DNA from: a virus
Strand: one strand, 5' to 3'
IMG/VR virus record: IMGVR_UViG_3300046387_001332
Length of the DNA stretch: 64,000 nt
Of this stretch, positions 57,174-64,000 are shown in pieces. Position 1 is the first letter of the stretch, and each line of letters starts with the position of its first letter. The notes under the pieces were generated by a model. That model had not been told where the DNA came from. It saw only the letters and a program-made list of their open reading frames with translations, and did no database searches. The translations under genes were made by a program, and so were the position numbers.

Positions 57174-58331
57174 ATGCCATCACGCAGAATAAGAGAAGAT
57201 CACGGTGAGTATAGGGATATCGTCAAGGGAAATGTTGATGATAAACTTAAAAAACACATTAAGAGTGGTCAAAGAATATCACGACGTGGGAAAGATTTCG
57301 TTGTGGTGCGAGTTCCTCATGTAGAACTTCCAAGTTTTCGTTACGGACAACCTGCCGATGGAAGTGGAATCGGCAACGGAGAAGCCGGTGTTGGTGACGA
57401 AGTCGGTGAAGGACCCCAACAACAAGGTAGTGGTCAAGGTGGTCAACCTGGTGAAGGGGGTGAGGGTGAAGGAGATGGTCACGAAATTGATGTCGGAATT
57501 AGCATGGATGCTTATTTTGATATGATAGGAGAAGAACTTCAATTACCAAATCTAAAACCAAAGGATAATGGAGAAATGGTAAAAGAAAAAATCAAATGGA
57601 ATCGTATTGCAAAAGTTGGAAACAATAGTTTGCTTCACAAACGCAAAACTCTGAAAAATGCGTTTAAACGTTTGATTTCTTCCGAAGACTACAATCCTGA
57701 AGATTTATCTAATTTTTATCCTATTAAAGACGACAAAGAATTCAGAAGTTGGAGTTCAGTTGAAGTACCTGATACTAATGCGGCCATATTTTTCGTGTCC
57801 GACATTTCTGCGAGTATGGACGACGAAAAACGAGGTTTGGTTCGTGAGTTGTGTTGGTACTTAGACAATTGGGTTCGTAGATTTTATCAAGAAACTCAAG
57901 TTAAGTATATTGTTCATGATCACCACGCACAAGAAGTAGATCAAGAAAAGTTCTATAAATATAAAAGTGGTGGTGGTACTCAAATAAGTAGTGCGTTTCA
58001 TTTAGTCAATGATGTAGTAGAAAAAGCATTTCCATTAAACGAGTGGAACATTTATGTATTTTATCTAAGTGACGGAGAAAACTTTGGTTCTGATAATGAT
58101 TTATGTGTTGAGTATTTGAAAAAAATGCAAACATATGCAAATTTAATAGGAATTACAGAGGTTAAAGCAATCAGAAGTTGGGCAACATTTATACCAGCAA
58201 TTCAAGCACAATTATCAACTGGTGATCTTGATCCAAAAACAATTGTTACTGCATCAATGGATTCAGCATCCGATGTATTTAAAACACTTCAAAAATTATT
58301 AACACCTGCTGAAGAGGAGGTACCGTTCTAA
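57174..58331 (+). CDS. yeaH: YeaH/YhbH (DUF444) vWA-like protein
   Basis: Gly-rich linker, EELQLPNLKPK, MIDAS-like DISASM, SGGGT and LSDGEN; follows prkA. Confidence 0.9.
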   Translation: MPSRRIREDHGEYRDIVKGNVDDKLKKHIKSGQRISRRGKDFVVVRVPHVELPSFRYGQPADGSGIGNGEAGVGDEVGEGPQQQGSGQGGQPGEGGEGEGDGHEIDVGISMDAYFDMIGEELQLPNLKPKDNGEMVKEKIKWNRIAKVGNNSLLHKRKTLKNAFKRLISSEDYNPEDLSNFYPIKDDKEFRSWSSVEVPDTNAAIFFVSDISASMDDEKRGLVRELCWYLDNWVRRFYQETQVKYIVHDHHAQEVDQEKFYKYKSGGGTQISSAFHLVNDVVEKAFPLNEWNIYVFYLSDGENFGSDNDLCVEYLKKMQTYANLIGITEVKAIRSWATFIPAIQAQLSTGDLDPKTIVTASMDSASDVFKTLQKLLTPAEEEVPF

Positions 58332-59896
58332 TGGGAATTGCATGGGAAAGTCATAGTTTAAATGAAGGAGTTTGTCCAGAGTTGGCTGCTCTTATACCTG
58401 AGTGTTTACAGGCTTGTTACGATAATGGACTCGATCCATACCCTTTGTGTATTGAAGAATTTGATGCAGATGAAATAGTTGAGATTGCGGCGTATGGTGG
58501 ATTTCCAGTTCGTTATCCTCATTTTAATTTCGGGCAACAATTTGAACAACTTCATTATCAGTATCATCATGGTATGGGTAAGATTTATGAAATGGTTGTA
58601 AATACTGATCCAACATATATGTACCTACAACGAAACAATCCTATCGTTGATAATCTAACTGTTGTTGCACACGCAACTGCACATAGTGATTTCTTTAAGA
58701 ACAATATTATGTTCAAGCATACTAATCGTAACATGATGAATGTTATGGCAAATCATAGTGATAAGATTCGTATGTACATGGATAGATTTGGTCGTAAAAA
58801 AGTAAAAGACTTTTTGAATGCGGCTCTTGCTATTGATGATTTAATTGATCCATCACTTTGTTATCGTGAAAGTAATTTAAAGAAAGCAACTAAATTCAAC
58901 TTTGAAGATCGTCAACCACGTGAACACGTAACTCGTCTTGATACAAAAGAATATATGGACAAGTATGTGAATCCTTCTCATTATATTGAAAAGCAAAGAA
59001 GGGAACGTGAAGAACGACAAAAGTTAGCAGAAAATAAATTTCCATTGCAACCTGAACGTGATATTATGTTAATGATCATAAATCATTGTCGGTTAGAACC
59101 TTGGCAACAAAACATACTAAGTATGATCCGTGACGAAGCAATTTATTATCGTCCACAGGGAATGACAAAGGTTCTTAACGAAGGTTGGGCAAGTTATTGG
59201 GATTCTTATATTATGGCAACTTGTAATTTTGCAGGAGACGATGGGATATTTGATTATGCAAAACACCATGCAGGAGTTTTAGGTGGAAAATACAATATGA
59301 ACAATCCATATAAACTCGGAAATACATTGTTGCGTGATATTGAAGACCGTTGGAACAAAGGAAGATTCGGTAAAGAATATGAAATGTGTGACAATGGTGA
59401 TGAAAAAAGATATTGGAATAAGAACTTAAATCTTGGTCGTGAAAAACTTTATGAAGTTCGTGAGAACTATAATGATGTTACATTTCTCAATGAGTTTTTT
59501 ACAAAAGATTTTTGCGAAAAACATGAATACTTTGAATATGCATTAGATAAATCAAAAAACAAGTATGTTGTTGTTAGCAAAGATTACAAAAAGATAAAAG
59601 AAAAACTTATCAATCGTCATATCAATATGGGAAGACCTGTAATTTATATGGAAAATATGAAATATAAGAACACAGAGATTTTATTAAGACACGACTTCGA
59701 AGGCAGACCCTTAGATATTAAGTATGCAACTGGTACAATGGCCTATTTACATGAAATAATGAAGAGACCCATAAATCTGTTAACATACGATGTTGAAGAA
59801 GAAGGATATGGTTCTTCAAAAGAAATTGTTGAAGTTGAAGTCCGTTATCGATACAATAACGGAGAAATGAAAAGATTTGAAGGCAGTAAGATTTAA
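58331..59896 (+). CDS. spoVR: SpoVR/YcgB family protein
   Basis: GFPVRYPH..FG, KIYEMVVN, AHATAHSDFFKNN, TKVLNEGWASYW and NPYKLG. Confidence 0.92.
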   Translation: MGIAWESHSLNEGVCPELAALIPECLQACYDNGLDPYPLCIEEFDADEIVEIAAYGGFPVRYPHFNFGQQFEQLHYQYHHGMGKIYEMVVNTDPTYMYLQRNNPIVDNLTVVAHATAHSDFFKNNIMFKHTNRNMMNVMANHSDKIRMYMDRFGRKKVKDFLNAALAIDDLIDPSLCYRESNLKKATKFNFEDRQPREHVTRLDTKEYMDKYVNPSHYIEKQRREREERQKLAENKFPLQPERDIMLMIINHCRLEPWQQNILSMIRDEAIYYRPQGMTKVLNEGWASYWDSYIMATCNFAGDDGIFDYAKHHAGVLGGKYNMNNPYKLGNTLLRDIEDRWNKGRFGKEYEMCDNGDEKRYWNKNLNLGREKLYEVRENYNDVTFLNEFFTKDFCEKHEYFEYALDKSKNKYVVVSKDYKKIKEKLINRHINMGRPVIYMENMKYKNTEILLRHDFEGRPLDIKYATGTMAYLHEIMKRPINLLTYDVEEEGYGSSKEIVEVEVRYRYNNGEMKRFEGSKI

Positions 59897-59900
59897 GTAA

Positions 59901-60659
59901 GTGAAACCTTCGGGTAACCAAATTTATCATTGTGATAATTTATCACTTCTAAAAAAATTAGATTCAGAGTCAATCAATTTAATATATTGCGATATATTAT
60001 ACGGAACTGGAAAAAAATTTAAGGATTATGACGATCTACAACCAGTTCGTTCCGAAATAGATTCTCATTATATTCCTCGTTTGTACGAAATGAAACGAGT
60101 ACTCTCAAAAACTGGAACAATCTATCTACAAATGGATTTGCGAATTGTGCATTGGATACGGATATTGATGGACAATATATTTGGTTATGAAAATTTTAGA
60201 AATCAAATTGTAATAAAATTCAATATAGGTGGTCGTGGTAAACGTGAGTTTGCAAAAAAACATGACTATATAATTGTCTATACAAAAACAGATGATTTCG
60301 TATTTAATGATAAAGATATCCGTGTGCCATATAAATCAGTAGTAAGTAAAAAGCAAGATAGACCTAACATTACACCAGAAAAACTTGCCCTTGGTACAAT
60401 CCCAACTAATATATGGGATGACATTCCATCTGGACTTAAAGTAAAAAAGCAAACAGATTATTATTCAGAAAAACATCCAAAGATACTTGAACGAATTATT
60501 AAAGCAAGTAGTAATGAAGGTGATTTGGTTGCTGATTTCTACTGCGGAAGTGGTACAACATTAGATGTTGCTAAGAGTCTAAATCGGTGTTACTTAGGAT
60601 GTGACATTAACCCAAATGCAGTCAAAATTTCCAAACAAAGATTGAGCAAAAAAAGTTAA
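59901..60659 (+). CDS. DNA N6-adenine/N4-cytosine methyltransferase (beta class)
   Basis: LIYCDILY in place of DPPY, FRNQI, and SAM-binding DFYCGSGTT; GTG start. Confidence 0.8.
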   Translation: MKPSGNQIYHCDNLSLLKKLDSESINLIYCDILYGTGKKFKDYDDLQPVRSEIDSHYIPRLYEMKRVLSKTGTIYLQMDLRIVHWIRILMDNIFGYENFRNQIVIKFNIGGRGKREFAKKHDYIIVYTKTDDFVFNDKDIRVPYKSVVSKKQDRPNITPEKLALGTIPTNIWDDIPSGLKVKKQTDYYSEKHPKILERIIKASSNEGDLVADFYCGSGTTLDVAKSLNRCYLGCDINPNAVKISKQRLSKKS

Positions 60660-60669
60660 TTTTTTTACC

Positions 60670-60698
60670 TTGAAATGTGCTTAAAATTCAAGTAAAAT
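60670..60698 (+). promoter_or_regulatory. Sigma70-type promoter, followed by TATTTAT at 60700
   Basis: TTGAAA-N17-TAAAAT. Confidence 0.5.
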
Positions 60699-60743
60699 AT
60701 ATTTATATATAGTAAATAAAACTGATTAAATAATAATTGAAAA

Positions 60744-60974
60744 ATGGATAATGAAAATGAAAAATACGATGCCTACGGCATTCGATTGCAAGTATTAAAA
60801 AGTGCAAAAGAGATGGTATGGGAAGCATGGCACATGGAAAAAGAAGAGTTGGAAAGTCGTGCCACTTTTGAAAATACTCCCCTGGAAATACCACCAATTC
60901 CAACCACACGTGAAGTATTAGAAATTGCTTCTGACTTTTACAATTTCGTTGAAAATGGCGGAAAATCTTCTTAA
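60744..60974 (+). CDS. Small phage hypothetical protein
   Basis: AYGIRLQVLKSAKEM..PTTREVLEIA..FYNFV resembles a small family I recall from T4-like phages. Confidence 0.65.
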   Translation: MDNENEKYDAYGIRLQVLKSAKEMVWEAWHMEKEELESRATFENTPLEIPPIPTTREVLEIASDFYNFVENGGKSS

Positions 60975-60989
60975 TTAATATCATTCTGA

Positions 60990-61018
60990 TTGACGAAATT
61001 CAAATTGAGTTGTATTAT
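60990..61018 (+). promoter_or_regulatory. Sigma70-type promoter for the SSB gene
   Basis: TTGACG-N17-TATTAT. Confidence 0.65.
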
Positions 61019-61060
61019 ATTAAGAATAATAATAACAAATACTAAATTAAGGAATAAAAA

Positions 61061-61897
61061 ATGGCAATTGACCTAGATAAAATCAAAGCAAAATTAAATA
61101 ATTTGTCACAGACAAATAATCGTAAGAATTATCAATGGAAACCTCAACCTGGTAAGCAACAGGTTCGCATCGTACCTTACAAGCATCAACCGGATAATCC
61201 TTTTATCGAGTTGTTTTTCCACTACGGAATCAACAATCGGACTTATCTTTCTCCCAAGTCTTTTGGTCGTCCTGATCCAATTGTGGAGTTTGCAGAAAAG
61301 TTGACTCGCAGTGGAGATAAAGATGATTATCGTATGGGGCGTTCTTTGATGCCAAAGATGAGAACTTTTGTTCCTGTTATCGTTCGTGGTGAAGAAGCAG
61401 AAGGAGTTCGGTTTTGGGGTTTTGGTAAAGAAGTTTATCAAGAACTTCTCGGTGTAATCGCAGACCCCGATTATGGAGACATTACCGATGCAACTAATGG
61501 AAGAGACATTACAATAGAATTTCTTTCAGCAGAAGAAGCCGGAAGATCATTTCCAAAAACAAACATCCGTGTTAAACCCAACACATCCCCAATATCCGAA
61601 AACAAAAATATTGTTGACGGAGTTGCTAATAATCAAGCAGAAATCACAGAGATTTATCAAGAACTTAGTTACGATGAATTGAAAGATGCTCTTGAAAAAT
61701 GGGTTAGTGGTGAATCAGAAGAAGATGCACCTCCACCTGAATCGGTAGATGACCAATCTTCCAATTCCAATAAGCAAGTTGTTGTTGAAGAAACACAAAC
61801 AGAAGTCAAGGCAAGTCCGACTTCTGAAAAGAGTAAACCAAATGCAACATCTACTGAAGATGTAGAGGCTGCGTTTGAAGAGTTATTCAAGCAGTAA
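61061..61897 (+). CDS. Single-stranded DNA-binding protein (T4 gp32-like)
   Basis: WKP..G..VRIVP, PF..FHY, FWGFGK, GRDI and an acidic tail ending AFEELF; AAGGA SD. Confidence 0.85.
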   Translation: MAIDLDKIKAKLNNLSQTNNRKNYQWKPQPGKQQVRIVPYKHQPDNPFIELFFHYGINNRTYLSPKSFGRPDPIVEFAEKLTRSGDKDDYRMGRSLMPKMRTFVPVIVRGEEAEGVRFWGFGKEVYQELLGVIADPDYGDITDATNGRDITIEFLSAEEAGRSFPKTNIRVKPNTSPISENKNIVDGVANNQAEITEIYQELSYDELKDALEKWVSGESEEDAPPPESVDDQSSNSNKQVVVEETQTEVKASPTSEKSKPNATSTEDVEAAFEELFKQ

Positions 61898-61901
61898 TAA
61901 T

Positions 61902-61933
61902 AAAGGGTGAGGGGCAAAATCCCTCACCCTTTT
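61902..61933 (+). terminator. Hairpin/terminator between the SSB and recA genes
   Basis: AAAGGGTGAGGG-GCAAAAT-CCCTCACCCTTT. Confidence 0.7.
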
Positions 61934-61948
61934 AAACATTTAATTTTT

Positions 61949-63103
61949 ATGGCAAGAAAAAAAGAAGAAAAAACAAAATCAGAAGATTTAGCATCTGTAC
62001 TTGCAGAAAGTCTAAACTCTGCGTATAAGGATGAAGGTAAAGTAGCATTCTTTTTAAATGAAGGAGATGATCCTTCTTTAATTTCCGATTGGATTCCAAC
62101 AGGTAGTAGTTTACTTGATTTGGCAATTTCAAATCGTCCGAATGGTGGAATTCCAACAGGAAGAATCACAGAACTAACTGGACTTGAACAAAGTGGAAAA
62201 AGTTTAGTATCTGGACACATTCTTGCGGAAACTCAAAAGAAAGGGGGTGTTGCGGTATTAATAGATACCGAGACAAGTGTGTCCGTTGAGTATCTAAAAG
62301 CAATTGGTGTTGATACCGAAAAGTTATTGTATGTCCATGTTGACACGGTAGAAGACATTTTTGCAACGATTGACAACATCATCGCAACTATTCGTAAAAG
62401 CAACAAAGATAAACTTGTAACGATTGTAACAGATAGTGTATCAGCTGCGTCAACTAAAATTGAAATGGCGGCAGATTACGCAAAAGATGGATATGCAACG
62501 ACCAAGGCAATTTTAATTAGTAAGGCAATGCGTAAGTTAACTTCAACAATTGGAAGGCAAAAAATTGCATTGGTATTCACTAACCAACTCCGTCAAAAGA
62601 TGGGAGTTATGTTTGGTGATCCGTGGACAACGAGTGGTGGTAAAGCAATTGCGTTTCACGCAAGTGTTCGTATTCGTTTGAAAAGTATGGGTCAAATTAA
62701 AAAAGGTGCAACCACAGAAGTCATCGGTGGAAAGTGTGAAGCAACTATTGTAAAAAATAGAATGGGTCCTCCACAACGAAAAGCATCGTTTGAAATTTAT
62801 TTTAATCGTGGTGTTGATGATGTCGGAAGTTGGATAACAACATTGAAAACATACAAAGTTTTAAAACAAGGTGGTGCGTATTATTCATTTACAGATTCCA
62901 ACGGAAAAGACTATAAGTTTATGGCAAAAGAATTTCCAGAAATGCTAAAGGATGAAAATCTCAAAAAAGAGTTATATCAACATATATGCGATAACATCAT
63001 AATGGAATATGAATCAGCAAACAGTGTAGTAGATGAAGATGTTGAATTCACGGATAATGCAGAAATCGAAGACGCAGAATTAGCATCTGTTTCAAATGAG
63101 TGA
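61949..63103 (+). CDS. recA: RecA/UvsX recombinase
   Basis: PTGSSLLDLAI, GRITE, GLEQSGKS, DSV, NQLR, TTSGGKA..FHASVR and KNR. ATG at 61949. Confidence 0.93.
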   Translation: MARKKEEKTKSEDLASVLAESLNSAYKDEGKVAFFLNEGDDPSLISDWIPTGSSLLDLAISNRPNGGIPTGRITELTGLEQSGKSLVSGHILAETQKKGGVAVLIDTETSVSVEYLKAIGVDTEKLLYVHVDTVEDIFATIDNIIATIRKSNKDKLVTIVTDSVSAASTKIEMAADYAKDGYATTKAILISKAMRKLTSTIGRQKIALVFTNQLRQKMGVMFGDPWTTSGGKAIAFHASVRIRLKSMGQIKKGATTEVIGGKCEATIVKNRMGPPQRKASFEIYFNRGVDDVGSWITTLKTYKVLKQGGAYYSFTDSNGKDYKFMAKEFPEMLKDENLKKELYQHICDNIIMEYESANSVVDEDVEFTDNAEIEDAELASVSNE

Positions 63104-64000
63104 TAAAAAAAAGATATTTAGTTTATTTCAAGAATTCTCTCAGGAACAAAAAGAAGAACTGGATGTAGACCGGAATATAAATTCTGATACCCTTTTAATT
63201 GATGGTATGAATACATTTATGCGTGTTTGGAGTATGTATCCAACCACTAACGACAATGGTGATCACATAGGTGGTTACACTGGTTTCCTCAAAAGCATAG
63301 GACACGCAATTCGTTTACGTAAACCCACACGATGTATTGTTATATTTGATGGAAAGGGTGGAAGTGCAAGAAGACGCAAAATTTTTTCCGACTATAAAAT
63401 GAAAAAGAATGTTCGGTTTCGGGTAAATCGTGCATTGAGTTTAGACTTGGATCAAACCGAAGAATCAAGTTCAATGAAGTTTCAGATAGTTAAATTGATA
63501 CAATACTTGAATATGCTTCCTGTTACTACTATATGCATGGATAATGTAGAAGCAGATGACGTTATAGCATTACTTGCTCGTTCTTATTTTAGTGGACTTG
63601 GCAAACAGTGTACTATAATGAGTACCGATAAGGATTTCCTCCAACTTGTAGACGAAGACGTAACGGTTTATAGTCCTACTAAAAGAACGGTTTACACTCC
63701 CGAAAAAGTATCACTTGAATACGGAATACATCCTAATAACTTTTTATTGTACAGAACAATAGATGGAGACCGGGGTGATAATATAGAGGGAATGAAAGGT
63801 GTCGGTGAGAAAAAACTAAAAACTGCATTTCCTGAATTATCAACAGAAGCAAAATTATCAGTTGATGATTTACTAAAAATTTCCGAAGAAAAGAAAAAAG
63901 AAATGCCATTGTATAAAAATTTTCTTAAAGAAGAAAATCAAAGTTTGTTGAAACGAAATTATGATTTGATGCAATTGGTAGATTCTATTCTTCCTGCGAG
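63096..64000 (+). CDS. 5'-3' exonuclease/flap endonuclease (T4 RNase H/PolI N-terminal-like), 3'-truncated; absent from the ORF track
   Basis: Manual translation gives LLIDGMNTFMR, FDGKGGS, YK, EADDVIA, STDKDFLQL and GDRGDNIEG.KGVGEK. Confidence 0.9.
   Translation, partial: MSDKKKIFSLFQEFSQEQKEELDVDRNINSDTLLIDGMNTFMRVWSMYPTTNDNGDHIGGYTGFLKSIGHAIRLRKPTRCIVIFDGKGGSARRRKIFSDYKMKKNVRFRVNRALSLDLDQTEESSSMKFQIVKLIQYLNMLPVTTICMDNVEADDVIALLARSYFSGLGKQCTIMSTDKDFLQLVDEDVTVYSPTKRTVYTPEKVSLEYGIHPNNFLLYRTIDGDRGDNIEGMKGVGEKKLKTAFPELSTEAKLSVDDLLKISEEKKKEMPLYKNFLKEENQSLLKRNYDLMQLVDSILPA

Noticed and set aside
1-64000. Stop-codon reassignment, as seen in some large phages
   Set aside because: Core genes are full length in the standard code, and TAA, TAG and TGA all terminate genes.

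Overview
The window is a 64-kb segment of a large, AT-rich, T4-like myovirus genome (probably a jumbo phage). All credible genes lie on the + strand and use the standard genetic code. Gene order: tail/baseplate-associated proteins (one with FG-GAP and dockerin-like repeats); RuvC, primase and an Mre11/Rad50 (SbcD/SbcC) nuclease; candidate head-internal proteins carrying prohead-protease-type [L/I/V]xE sites; terminase, portal, prohead protease, scaffold and major capsid protein; neck, sheath, tube, chaperone, tape measure and baseplate genes; then a short family-A DNA polymerase, a complete PrkA(YeaG)-YeaH-SpoVR(YcgB) operon, a DNA methyltransferase, gp32-like SSB, RecA/UvsX and a 5'-3' exonuclease. 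Two promoter classes are visible: sigma70-like TTGAC-N17-TAnnAT, and a recurrent TATTTAT motif before structural genes. The most unusual observations are: (1) the Mre11 nuclease domain is split into two ORFs by an inserted GT9 glycosyltransferase; (2) a 29-bp 11-7-11 inverted-repeat site occurs twice, 35.4 kb apart, bracketing the morphogenesis module; (3) a likely virion-packaged set of kinase, nucleotidyltransferase and ligase-like domains plus peptide-cassette polyproteins; (4) a +1/-2 frameshift candidate in the tail chaperone; (5) apparent avoidance of GCAGCA/TGCTGC; (6) a stand-alone paralog of a baseplate protein's N-terminus. No tRNA, rRNA, CRISPR array or integrase was seen. All annotations come from motif recognition by eye; no searches were run.
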